A stretch of DNA of 64,000 nucleotides from Gemmatimonadota bacterium (GCA_016713435.1 JADJPD010000029.1:4708-68707), one strand, 5' to 3'; positions 1 through 9,729 are shown, numbered from the stretch's first letter. Notes: generated by a model not told the origin, from the sequence alone. Numbers and translations: made by a program.

Positions 1-1
1 C

Positions 2-1631
2 GCCCTCGCCTGGCACTTTCGCGCCGCCGCCCTCACCACCGGCCAGGACGACGCCATCTACCTCCTCCTCGCCAAGGCGCTCCGGGCGGGGAGTTACCGC
101 GACCTCTGGCTGGTGGAGGCGCCGGTGGAGTCGCGCTATCCGCCGGGGTATCCGGCGTTCCTGGCGGTGTTCGCGGGGACGGGCCCGGGGATGTTCGCGC
201 GCGGGGTGGCGCTCAACATCGCGCTCTCGATGCTGGGGCTGGCGCTGGCCTACCTGGTGGCGCGGCGCTGGTCGGCGCCGCTCGCCGCGCTCACGGTGGT
301 GGTGCTGGCCGTCAACCCGTCGCTGGTGCACTACGCCGGCGAGGTGCGGAGCGAGCCGCTCTTCCTGGTGCTGTCGCTGCTGGTGCTGGTGCTGCTGGCG
401 CGGCCGGCGCCGGGGCGGGGTCGCATGGTGCTGGCGGGCGCCCTCGCCATCCTCGGCGCCCTGACCCGAAGCATCGGGCTGGTGCTGCTGCCGGTGGTGC
501 TCGTCCCCTGGCTCCGCGCGCGCGCCTGGCGCGCCGCCGGCGCCTACGCGCTGGTGGCGCTGCTCACCGTGGGGGGCTGGCTCCTCTGGACGGTGCGCGC
601 CCCCGTGAAGCTGGCGGGCGAGAGCTACGTGGCCGATGCGCTCCTCTCGCACCCGCCCGCGCCCGCCCCGCGGCGGGCGCCACGCGGGGGCCGCGGTGCC
701 GGCGCCGGTCCCGTCCCCCGGCCTCGGCGCACCCGCGCCCGATGACGCCCCGGGCGCCGGCGCGGAGCCCGAGGGCCCCGCCGCGCGCTCGCGGAGCCTG
801 CTGGCACGCATCGGGGCGCGGGTGCGGCATCACGTGCCGGCGTTCATCGTGCGGCGGATCCCCACGCTGCTCGCCTGGCCGGCGGTGCCCGGCACCCGCC
901 TCGACAACCTCGCCGCGGCGCTCCTCGTCACCGTGGCGGGCGCCGTGGGCCTGGCGCTGGTGGCGGTGCGCTCGGGGCCCGCGCTCGTGTACCTGGCGGG
1001 CTACGCGGGCGTGCTGCTGGTGTGGCCCTATGCGCTGGGCCGGTTCCTGGTGCCGGTGCTGCCGTTCCTGGTGCTCATGCTGCTGCTGGGCCTCGCCCAG
1101 CTGCCGCGGCTCTGGCGCGGGGGCGAGCGCTGGCGGGCGGCGCTGCCGCTGGTGGCGCTGCTCCTCGTCTCCAGCGCCGGCGCCCTCCGGGCGCGCGAGG
1201 CCACGCTCGATCGCTGCGACCGCGCCGAGCCCTATGTGTCCGCCGGCTGCTTCACCGAGCGGCAGCGCGCCTTCTTCGCGATGACAGGTGTGGTGGCGAC
1301 CGCGCTCCCTGCTGACGCCATCCTGCTCACGCCCAAGGCCGCGACGCTCACGCTGCTCACGGGCCGCCGCACGGTGCACGAGCTCTACGCCGCCTCCCTC
1401 ACCCCCGACGCGCTGCTCCCTCACCTCGACCAGCTCGGCGTGAGCCACATCCTTCTGAGCCGGGTGCACGCCGACCAGCGCGCCCTGGCCCGCGACCTGC
1501 TCCCCGCCTGCGACGAGTTCCGCGTCCTCGCCACCGCCGGCGACGAGGCCCTCCTCCTGGCCCGCCAGCCCGCCGGCGCCGAGGCGCGGGCGTGCGGGCG
1601 CATCTCGGCGTTTCTCGGGGGGCAGTGGTGA
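2..1631 (+). CDS. ArnT/PMT-type (GT39/GT83-like) polytopic membrane glycosyltransferase; 5' end lies outside the window and the reading frame changes between ~650 and ~760 as assembled
   Basis: Frame 2 from nt 2 reads ALAWHFRAAALTTGQDDAIYLLLAKALRAGSYRDLW..YPPGYPAFL followed by several hydrophobic helices (ORF 113..745). The protein continues in frame 0 (ORF 636..1631) with more helices and a soluble tail ending at 1631. No single frame spans both parts. Confidence 0.55.
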
Positions 1632-1650
1632 GGGCGCGGTGCGCAGGGGC

Positions 1651-1881
1651 TTACCGCAGAGGCGCGGAGACGCAGAGGGCCGCAGAGGACCTGCGCTCGG
1701 AGCGGAGAGCCCACCGCAAAGGGAGTGCAGTGAATTGAGGGTGGTCTGGCAGCACGGTCAGGGACTGCTGTCGAACCCGAACGGACACCCACCAAAAGAC
1801 AGTGGGCTCACCTTGCGGTGAGCCCACCATCCTCGAGCAGTTCCTCTGCGGCCCTCTGCGTCTCCGCGCCTCTGCGGTGAA
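1651..1881 (+). mobile_element. MITE/REPIN-like element copy 1 (about 50-bp terminal inverted repeats, non-coding)
   Basis: The left arm 1651-1702 (TTACCGCAGAGGCGCGGAGACGCAGAGGGCCGCAGAGGACCTGCGCTCGGAG) is the near-perfect reverse complement of the right arm 1832-1881 (..CCTCTGCGGTGAA). The arms recur at 18456, 25544 and 59977. It lies between convergent genes. Confidence 0.7.
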
Positions 1882-1899
1882 TCCTCCACGCACCATGCC

Positions 1900-3427
1900 T
1901 CACCCCCCCCCCAACGCCCCCCCACCAATCTCCGCCCGCCGCCGCTCGAGCAGCGCCGGGTCGAAGGGCGCCGGGTAGGTCCAGGTCTCGGTCCACGCCA
2001 GCACCAGCGAGACCCCGGCGACCACCGCCGCCGTGACCGTGAGCGCCGGCGCCAGCCGCCCGTGGCGGATAGTGCCCACCAGCCAGGCGCCGCCGACGGC
2101 CGCCGCCAGCCAGAGGTGGAGCGGCAGCAGCACGAAGGGCCCCACGCCCCCCGACGTCTTCGGCGTGAGCGCGTAGGGCCGCGAGCGGCCGCGCAGCACG
2201 TCGAGCAGCGCGCCGGCGAAGTGGGGCCACTTGGCGTACTGCAGCAGCCCGGCGCGCCAGTGCCAGCCGCCCTCGTGCCGCCTGTCCAGGAAGTACGCAA
2301 AGCGGAACCGCTCCGCCGCGTGCAGCAGCAGGTACAGCCCCAGCACCAGCAGCAGCCCCTCGGCGCCGAGGAACGCGGGCGCGGCGTTGTCGGCGAGCAT
2401 GCCGAGGAGGGTGGGGAAGAGGATGAGCCAGAGGAGCGGCCGCAGGAAGTGCGCGCCGTGGAGCAGCGACAGGACGCCGTCGGTCACCGGCAGCCCGCGC
2501 CGGAGCCGGGCGACGGCCTCGCGCTTGAGGTCGAGCACGGCGCGCGCCCAGCGGGTCTGCTGCACCAGGTAGGCCCGCCAGTCCACCGGCGTGGTGCCGA
2601 GCGCCAGGATCTCGGGCACGTACACCCCGCGCCAGCCGGCGCCCCGGTAGCGCAGGGTGAGCAGCAGGTCCTCGGCGTCGTGGTCGGGGAAGCCGCCGGG
2701 GGAGGCGTCGGCGAGGGCCGCGAGCCGATGGCAGCCGTGGCTCCCCACCACGATGGGATGGCCCAGCGCGTAGCTCGCCATCTGGTGGGTGGAGTAGTAG
2801 GCGTACGTCTCCTCCGCCGCCCCGCGCGCAATGAAGCTGGCGGGCTGGTTGTAGTACACCTGCGCCGCCTGCACGTAGCCCACGCCGGGGTCCTGGAAGT
2901 AGCCCAGGGTCCGCTCCAGGTAGCCGGGCTCGGGGACCTGGTCGCTGTCGAAGGCCGCCAGCACGTCGTACTCCCGGAACCCCACCTCGGCCAGCCAGGC
3001 GTTGTAGTTCCCGTGCTTGGACCGCGCCGCGAAGCGGCCGGCCCCGGCCTGGTACTCCGGGCGGTGGCGGCGGGAGAAGTGGCGGACGCCCAGCCGGGCG
3101 CAGAGCCCGCGCACGGCGGGGTCGTCGCCCTCGTCGAGCACCCAGGTGTCGTGCGGGGTGCGGAGGGCCACGAGGGCACTGAGGGTGCGCTCCAGCATGG
3201 CGAGCGGCTCCGCCCCGGGACGATCGTGGTGACGGCCGCCACCGGAGCCTCCTCCCCGCGGCGAGCGGCACCGGGCGGCGCATGCGCCAGAGCGGGGTCC
3301 AGCGGAGGGCCCACACCAGCACCTCGTAGCCGAGCACCAGCGTGGCGATGGCGTAGAGGGGGACGTGGTCGCCCTGGCCGGGGAGGGTGGCCCATTGGTA
3401 GGCAAAGAGCATGACCCCGAGGGCCAC
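1900..3427 (-). CDS. Family-2 glycosyltransferase, cellulose-synthase-like with C-terminal TM helices; frameshifted near its N-terminus as assembled
   Basis: The long frame gives AEPLAMLERTLSALVALRTPHDTWVLDEGDD..FDSDQVPEPGYL..QQTRWARA followed by TM helices, with the stop at 1900. The N-terminal TM segment (VALGVMLFAYQWATLPG..WRMRRPVPLAAG) and the beta1 strand (EEAPVAAVTTIVPG) sit in the two other frames between ~3200 and ~3290. The start (GTG 3427 or ATG 3412) is uncertain. Confidence 0.6.
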
Positions 3428-3666
3428 CAGCGGCCGTGAGCCCCAGGTAGCGGCGGCGGCCGCCCTGGTCCAGCACGGCCTCGTCGCGCACGGGGGTGCG
3501 CTCCTCCGCCAGCGCGGTGGCGGTGGCCTCGATCCAGTCCCTGCGTGCGTGCACCCTGCCTCCCGGTCGGTGGCGCCGATGCCGGCCCAGAGCCTAGGGA
3601 CGGCGGGGCGGGGGCGGCCCGCCACGCGCGGTGGGCCCGTGACCGCGCGTGCGCGTCTCTCATGCC

Positions 3667-4590
3667 ATGACGCCCACCGCCCTCGACGTGCCCGAGTCCC
3701 GGTCGCCCACCACCGGGGCGCCGATGGCACCTCGCCCCGCGCGGCCGCCCGCGCTGCAGGACCTCTGGGCCTCCATGCGCGACCTCGCGGGCCACCACGA
3801 GCTCCTCGTGGAGCTGACGAAGCGCGACCTCCGGATCCGCTACACCCAGGCCGCCATGGGCGTGCTCTGGGCGGTGCTCACGCCGCTGGTGGTGGCGCTC
3901 TCCGGCTGGATGATCCGGTTCGGCATGAGCTACCTGGCGGGGGCGCCGATCCGGGCGCCGGAGCTGGCGGGGATCGCCATCAAGGCGGTGGCGTGGTCGT
4001 TCTTCACGGGGGCCATCTCGTTCGGGACGCTGAGCCTCACCGCCAACCTGCCGCTCGTCACCAAGGTGTACTTCCCCCGCGCCATCCTGCCGCTCTCGGC
4101 CGTCACCACCCAGATGGTAGACACCGCCATCGGCGCCGCGGCGCTGCTGGTGGTGCTCCCCCTCGCCCACATCGGCGTCCACCGCACACTCCTCTGGGTG
4201 CCGCTGCTGCTGGCGCTGCTGGTGCTGTTCACCAGCGGGCTCACGCTGATCGCGGCGGCGGGCAACGTCTTCTATCGCGACGCCAAGCACGTGATCCAGC
4301 TGGTGACGAGCTTCGGGATCTTCTTCACGCCGGTGTTCTTCGACGCGGGGGCGTTCGGACCGCGGGGGACGCGGTTCCTGCTCCTCAACCCGCTCGGCCC
4401 CGTCTTCGAGGGGCTCCGGCTGGCGATCGTGGACGGGCACCCGCTGCTGGTGCCCATCGTCAACGCCGAGGGGACGGTGCTGTGGAGCGCGGCGTACCTG
4501 GGCTACGCGGCGCTGTGGGCGGTGGGGCTGGCGTTCTTCGGGGCGCTCCTCTTCCGGCGGGTGGAATTCTCCTTCGCGGAGTACGTGTGA
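3667..4590 (+). CDS. ABC-2 type polysaccharide export permease (Wzm/TagG-like)
   Basis: Contains LWASMRDLAGHHELLVELTKRDLRIRYTQAAMGVLWAVLTPL plus about 6 TM helices. The TGA at 4588-4590 overlaps the GTG of the next gene. The start is ambiguous (GTG 3649, ATG 3667 or ATG 3724). Confidence 0.75.
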   Translation: MTPTALDVPESRSPTTGAPMAPRPARPPALQDLWASMRDLAGHHELLVELTKRDLRIRYTQAAMGVLWAVLTPLVVALSGWMIRFGMSYLAGAPIRAPELAGIAIKAVAWSFFTGAISFGTLSLTANLPLVTKVYFPRAILPLSAVTTQMVDTAIGAAALLVVLPLAHIGVHRTLLWVPLLLALLVLFTSGLTLIAAAGNVFYRDAKHVIQLVTSFGIFFTPVFFDAGAFGPRGTRFLLLNPLGPVFEGLRLAIVDGHPLLVPIVNAEGTVLWSAAYLGYAALWAVGLAFFGALLFRRVEFSFAEYV

Positions 4591-5792
4591 GCGGGCTGAT
4601 CGAGCTGGAGCGGGTGTGGAAGAAGTTCCGCTACGGCGAGGGCCACGGGCGGCTCCGGGACGCGATCCCGGCGCTGGTACGCCGCGCGCTCCGCCGCCCC
4701 GACCCCGACGCCGGCCTGCACCGGGGCGAGTTCTGGGCCCTGCAGGACCTCTCCTTCACCGTGCGGCCGGGACAGGCCCTCGGCCTCATCGGGCCCAACG
4801 GGGCGGGGAAGAGCACGGCGCTCAAGCTCCTCTGCGGCATCATGCGCCCCACGGCGGGGCGCTGCACGGTGCGCGGGCGGGTGGGCGCCCTCATCGAGGT
4901 GGCGGCCGGCTTCCACCCCGACCTCACCGGCCGCGAGAACATCTACCTCCAGGGCACCATCATGGGCATGCCGCGGCGGGAGATCACGGGCAAGTTCGAC
5001 GAGATCGTGGACTTCTCCGGGCTCGCGCCCTTCCTCGAGACGCCGGTGAAGCGCTACTCGAGCGGCATGCACGCGCGCCTCGGCTTCGCCATCGCGGCGC
5101 ACCTCGAGCCCGAGGTGCTGCTCATCGACGAGGTCCTCGCCGTGGGCGACGCGGCCTTCCAGGAGAAGGCCTTCGGCCGGATCACCGAGCTGGTGCAGCA
5201 GGACATCCCCGTGGTGGTGGTGTCCCACCAGCTCGACGCCATCACCACCCTCTGCACCCGGGCGCTGCTGCTGGACCAGGGCCAGGTGGCGCTCGCCGGG
5301 ACGCCGCAGGAGTGCATCACCGCCTACCTCCACGGCGTCACCGCGGCGCACGGGCCGGGGAGCGGGGACAGCCCGGTGCGGATCCTGGGCATCCACCTGG
5401 GGCGCGCGGCGGTGGAGTCGGGGCAGCGGCTCGGCGTGGAACTGACGGGCGTCACCGACGGCGGCCCCGCGGCCGACCGGCTCTCGGTCCGGGTGCGGGT
5501 GCGCCTGGCGCAGACGGGGGAGACGGTGTTCGAGACCGGCACCACCCAGCTCGGCCTCGCCCTGCCCGGGGCGGGGGAGTTCGCGCTGCAGCTGGAGCTG
5601 CAGATGAACGTGGCCCGCGGCATCTACCTGGTGGAGTCGGCGGTGTGGGACCGGCTGCACGGGCGGCAGCTGCTGCGCGGGCCGTCGAGCTATGTGGAGG
5701 TGCGGGGCGGGCCGCCGTTCGAGGGGCTGGTGCAGATGCATCCCCGCGCCCGCCTGCTGTCCGGCAGCTCCACGGCGGGGCACGTCCCATGA
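4587..5792 (+). CDS. Polysaccharide export ABC ATPase (Wzt/TagH-like) with a C-terminal beta-rich extension (possible Wzt_C glycan-binding domain)
   Basis: Walker A GPNGAGKST, signature YSSGMHARL and Walker B LLIDEVLAVGD are present, followed by an extra domain of about 150 aa. GTG 4587 overlaps the permease stop (GTGTGA). The N-terminal part of ORF 3411..5792 is a spurious read-through. Confidence 0.8.
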   Translation: MSGLIELERVWKKFRYGEGHGRLRDAIPALVRRALRRPDPDAGLHRGEFWALQDLSFTVRPGQALGLIGPNGAGKSTALKLLCGIMRPTAGRCTVRGRVGALIEVAAGFHPDLTGRENIYLQGTIMGMPRREITGKFDEIVDFSGLAPFLETPVKRYSSGMHARLGFAIAAHLEPEVLLIDEVLAVGDAAFQEKAFGRITELVQQDIPVVVVSHQLDAITTLCTRALLLDQGQVALAGTPQECITAYLHGVTAAHGPGSGDSPVRILGIHLGRAAVESGQRLGVELTGVTDGGPAADRLSVRVRVRLAQTGETVFETGTTQLGLALPGAGEFALQLELQMNVARGIYLVESAVWDRLHGRQLLRGPSSYVEVRGGPPFEGLVQMHPRARLLSGSSTAGHVP

Positions 5793-7111
5793 CCACGCCC
5801 GCCACCCGGAAGCTCGGCCCCGCGCTCCGCCGGCCGGGCGTGGAGCAGGTGGCCCGCGCGGCGCCGAGCAGCCCCATGGTGCCGGGCCGGGCGGGGCACC
5901 GCCCCGTGGCCATCGTGGACCTCGAGGCCAGCGCCCTCCCCCCCGCCGTGCAGGTACCGCGGCACTACGGCTCGGCGCTGGTGCTCTTCCGCTGGCACGG
6001 CGTCCCCGTGGGCCAGGCGGTGCTCCCCGTGCGCGAGGGGCGGGTCCCCGCCGACCTGCTCCGCGCCGCGCTCGAGCGGGAGGCCGCCCCCCGCATCGCC
6101 CGGCGCGAGCTGCGCCGCTGGCTCGGCGCGCCGGAGGATGAGGCGGTGGGGCCGCTGCCGTCGGTGTCGGTGGCCGTCTGCACCCGCGACCGCCCCGAGG
6201 ACCTGGCCCGCTGCCTCGCGGCGCTGGCCCGGCTGCCGGACACGGGCCACGAGGTGCTGGTGGTGGACAGCGCCTCGCATGGGGACGCCACCCGCCAGGT
6301 GGTGGCCGCGCACCCCGGCGTCCGCTACCTGCGTGAGGCGCGCCCGGGCCTGGACCGCGCCCGCAACCGCGCCCTGCGCGAGGCGCGCCACGAGGTGGTG
6401 GCCTTCACCGACGACGACGCGGCGGTGGACGCCGGCTGGCTCACCGCCATCCGCCGGCGCTTCGGCGACGCGCGCACCCTCTGCGTCACCGGGCTCACCC
6501 TGCCGCTCGAGCTGGAGACGCCGGCGCAGGTGTGGTTCGAGCGGACCAACGGCTTTGGCCGCGGCTTCGACCGGCTGGCGTTCCAGGGCGCGCTCATGAA
6601 CCCGTTCCGGATGGCGGTGGCCGGCGCCGGCGTCAACATGGCGCTCCGCCGCACGGTGACGGACCGGGTCGGTCCCTTCGACGAGGCGCTCGACGCCGGC
6701 ACGCCGACGCGCTCGGGTGGGGATCACGACATGTTCCTGCGGATCCTGCAGGCCGGGTACCAGATCGTCTACGAGCCGGCCGCGCTGGTCTGGCACCGCC
6801 ACCGGCGCGAGTGGGCGGCGCTCGAGGACGCGGTACGCGGCTACGGCACCGGGGTGTACGCCCTGCTCACCCGCCACCTGCTCGAGGGCGAGGTCGGCGC
6901 GCCGCAGCTGGCGCTCGGCTGGCTCCGCTGGCAGCTCCACGGGCTCTGGCGCGCCTGGCGCGGCGTCCCCGGCGCGGCCCCGGTGGCGCTGCACCTGGCC
7001 GAGCTCCGGGGCTGCCTCGAGGGACCGGGGGCCTACGCCCGCTCGCGCCGGCGCCTGACGGAGATGGCGCGGGCCGAGCGGGCCATCGCCGAGGCGGGGG
7101 CGGAGGCGTGA
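5789..7111 (+). CDS. Family-2 glycosyltransferase with an N-terminal extension of about 120 aa
   Basis: SVSVAVCTRDRPEDLARCLAAL, VLVVDSAS and AFTDDDA (DxD) motifs are present. ATG 5789 overlaps the upstream stop (ATGA). It is a paralogue of 8364..9653. Confidence 0.8.
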   Translation: MTTPATRKLGPALRRPGVEQVARAAPSSPMVPGRAGHRPVAIVDLEASALPPAVQVPRHYGSALVLFRWHGVPVGQAVLPVREGRVPADLLRAALEREAAPRIARRELRRWLGAPEDEAVGPLPSVSVAVCTRDRPEDLARCLAALARLPDTGHEVLVVDSASHGDATRQVVAAHPGVRYLREARPGLDRARNRALREARHEVVAFTDDDAAVDAGWLTAIRRRFGDARTLCVTGLTLPLELETPAQVWFERTNGFGRGFDRLAFQGALMNPFRMAVAGAGVNMALRRTVTDRVGPFDEALDAGTPTRSGGDHDMFLRILQAGYQIVYEPAALVWHRHRREWAALEDAVRGYGTGVYALLTRHLLEGEVGAPQLALGWLRWQLHGLWRAWRGVPGAAPVALHLAELRGCLEGPGAYARSRRRLTEMARAERAIAEAGAEA

Positions 7112-8360
7112 TGCTGCCGGCGCTCAGCGTGGTGATCCCCACCCACAACCGGCGCGACTCGCTGCTCCGCCTCCTCGCCGCACTGGAGCGCGGCACCCTG
7201 CCCGCCGAACGGTTCGAGGCGGTGGTGGTGGCGGACGGCTGCGCGGACGACACGGTGCGGGCTGGCGGCGGGCGCGTCGTTCTCGTTCCCCGTGCGGGTG
7301 TGCGAGCAGCAGCCGGGCGCGGCGCCGCCGCCGCCGGAACCTGGGCGCGGAGCAGGCGCGCGGTGCCGTGCTCGTCTTCCTGGACGATGACATCGAGCCG
7401 CTGCCGACCCTCCTGGCCACGCACCTCGACCTCCACGCCCGCCACGCCGACGAGCCCACCGCCGTGATCGGCGCCCCCATCCCCATCCGCGGCCCGCGCG
7501 ACTCGTACCAGCACATCGCCGTGTGGCATTGGTGGGAGGAGCAGCTGGCCCGGATGGAGCGGCCGGGGCACCGCTTCTCCTACCAGGACGTCTTCACCGG
7601 CGTTTTCTCGCTGCCGAAGGGCCTGTTCATGGCCACCGGCACCTTTGCCTGTGACCTGCCGGAGAGCTGCCGCGACGACTGGGAGTTCGGCATCCGGCTG
7701 CTGGCGCGTGGCACGCGGCTCCTCTACACCCGCGAGGGCGGCGGCTGGCACCACGAGATGCGGAACCACGCCGGCCTGCACGCGCGGAAGCTGGCCGAGG
7801 GCCGCGCCGACGTGGCGATTGCACGGCGGCATCCTGAGCTCTGGCCGTCGCTCCGGCTGGCGCAGCCGGTGGCGGGGCTGGCGCGGCGGCTGGTGTGGCT
7901 GGCGTTCCGGTCGCCGCGCCTGGCGGAGCGGTTCGAGCGGCTGGCGGCGCGGGTGCTGCCCGCGCTGGAGCGGCTCGGCGCGCGCGGCACCTGGCGGCAG
8001 GTGCAGGGGGCGGCGCTCCACTCCGCGTACTGGCGCGGGGTGGCGGTGGAGCTGGGCGGGCAGTCGCCGGCGCGGGAGCTGCGGCGGCTGGCGGCGCACG
8101 CGCAGGAGCGGCGCCGGGTGGCGCCGCCCCGCATCCTCCGGCTGGACCTGGCGTGGGGGCTGCCGGCGGCGGAGTTCGCCCTGGAGGCGGCGCGGCCGCA
8201 CGGGGCGGAGCTCCGCTGGGGCGCCATCCCGCTCGGCCACATCGCGGCGGCGCCCGGGCACGAACGGCTCCGGGGCCGTCACCTCCGGATGGAGCTGGCG
8301 GGGCCGCTGGCGCCGCGGCTCATGGTGGCGCTGGCGCTCGGCGCCGGGGCGCGGGACTGA
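7111..8360 (+). CDS. Family-2 glycosyltransferase, frameshifted (three frames used between ~7255 and ~7335) as assembled
   Basis: Frame 1 gives MLPALSVVIPTHNRRDSLLRLLAAL..VVVADGCADDTV. Frame 2 gives FPVRVCEQQPG. Frame 0 gives RNLGAEQARGAVLVFLDDDIEP.. through to the stop at 8360. The length is not a multiple of 3. Confidence 0.6.
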
Positions 8361-8363
8361 CGC

Positions 8364-9653
8364 GTGGCGGCCAGGCTGCACCAGCTCGGGCCCCCGGTGC
8401 GGGTGCTGGCGCTGGAGCTCACCGAGCCGCTGCCGCTGCTCACCGGCTGCGGCGGCTTCCGCGCACTCCGCTGCCTGGTGCGGCGCGAGGGGCGGCCGCT
8501 CGGCTGGCTCACGGTGGAGTTCCCGCCGCCGGTGGTGACGCCGGCGCTCTTCTTCGGCGCGCTGGCGCAGCAGCTGCCGCACGCCATCACCTCCGCGGTG
8601 GTGACGGCGGAGCTGGCGCCGGCACGGCGGCCGCGACCCTCGGCCCTCCCGCCCATCAGCGTGGTGGTGTGCACCCGCGACCGGGCGGAGTCGCTGGCGC
8701 ACTGCCTCGCCTCCCTCGCGGCACTCGATTACCCGCGCTTCGAGGTGGTCGTGGTGGACAACGCCTCCCGGGGTGAGGCCACCCGGCGGGTGGCCACCGC
8801 CGCCGGCGTGCGCTACGTGCGCGAGGAGCGGCCCGGGCTCGACTGGGCGCGGAATTGCGGCATCCGCGAGGCGCGGCACGCCATCATCGCCTTCACCGAC
8901 GACGACGTACGGGTGGACCCGGGCTGGCTGCTCGGCCTCGCGGCCGCCTTCGCCGACCCGGAGACGCAGCTGGTCACCGGGCTCATCGCGCCGGCCGAGC
9001 TCACCACGGCGGCGCAGCTGGCGTTCGAGTACGCGTACGGCGGCATGGACAAGGGGGTGGTGCCGGTGCGCCGCGCCGCGCGCTCGCCCGCGGACCTGGG
9101 CGCGCTGCTCGGCGCGCACCACCTGGGCGCCGGCGCCAACATGGCGTTCCGCCGCGCCATCTTCGACGAGGTGGGGAGCTTCGACACCGCGCTCGACGTC
9201 GGCACGCCGGCCCGGGGCGGCGGGGACCTCGACATGTTCTACCGCGTGCTCGCGTCAGGCGCGGTGGCGCGCTACGCGCCCGAGGCGCTGGTGTGGCACA
9301 CCCACCGCCGCGACTTCGCCGCGCTCCGGCGCCAGCTCCGCGACAACGGCCGCAGCTTCGGCGTGTACCTGATGACCCGCTGGAACGAGGCCCGGCCGGA
9401 CGGCCGCGGGGGCCTGGCCCGGTTCCAGGTGGCGCGCTACGCGACCGGGACCTGGCTGCGCTGGATGGGGAGCCGGGTGGTGCGGCGGTTCCAGAAGCAG
9501 GAGCCGCTCCCGCTCTGGCTGCAGGCGGAGGAGATCTGGGGGATGCTCACGGCGCCATGGGCGTTCACCGCCACGCGGCGGAGCGACGCCCGGCTCCGCG
9601 CCCGGACGCAGGCGCCGGGGCCCGCCTCCCGCCGGGCGACCGGGCGGCGCTGA
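8364..9653 (+). CDS. Family-2 glycosyltransferase with an N-terminal extension of about 100 aa (paralogue of 5789..7111)
   Basis: ISVVVCTRDRAESLAHCLASL, VVVVDNAS and AFTDDDV motifs are present. The C-terminal half is collinear with the 5789 gene (GGGDLDMFYRVL / GGDHDMFLRIL). The start is GTG. Confidence 0.8.
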   Translation: MAARLHQLGPPVRVLALELTEPLPLLTGCGGFRALRCLVRREGRPLGWLTVEFPPPVVTPALFFGALAQQLPHAITSAVVTAELAPARRPRPSALPPISVVVCTRDRAESLAHCLASLAALDYPRFEVVVVDNASRGEATRRVATAAGVRYVREERPGLDWARNCGIREARHAIIAFTDDDVRVDPGWLLGLAAAFADPETQLVTGLIAPAELTTAAQLAFEYAYGGMDKGVVPVRRAARSPADLGALLGAHHLGAGANMAFRRAIFDEVGSFDTALDVGTPARGGGDLDMFYRVLASGAVARYAPEALVWHTHRRDFAALRRQLRDNGRSFGVYLMTRWNEARPDGRGGLARFQVARYATGTWLRWMGSRVVRRFQKQEPLPLWLQAEEIWGMLTAPWAFTATRRSDARLRARTQAPGPASRRATGRR

Positions 9654-9729
9654 GCGGAAACCGCCTGTCGGCTTCATGCGACGGGCCGCGTCTCCCCTGC
9701 ACACCCGCGGCATCCACCCCGGAGACACA

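Noticed and set aside
3427-3554. A possible further N-terminal extension of the cellulose-synthase-like GT2 (MHARRDWIEATATALAEERTPVRDEAVLDQ.. in yet another frame)
   Set aside because: It would need a third frameshift, at a non-homopolymer site. The segment has no TM or GT signature and may be a chance open frame, so I left it out of the gene model.
3411-4586. N-terminal 390 aa of the 793-aa ORF 3411..5792
   Set aside because: This part overlaps the ABC-2 permease in another frame and looks non-protein-like. The real ATPase starts at GTG 4587, coupled to the permease stop.
640-8360. Phase variation (contingency-locus slippage) as an explanation for frameshifts in the glycan genes
   Set aside because: The runs involved are only 3-5 nt, far shorter than known slippage tracts. 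Identical-looking frameshifts also hit housekeeping genes (kefC, oxidoreductase). A technical indel error is more parsimonious, though only reads can settle it.
6867-9122. A 751-aa minus-strand ORF across the GT2 genes, and similar cases (1808..3730, 1900..4440 upstream part, 28459..31227, 36091..37743, 37721..39493, 41335..42612)
   Set aside because: They are Arg/Gly/Pro/Ala-rich with no motifs, and each is fully antisense to a gene with strong family signatures.
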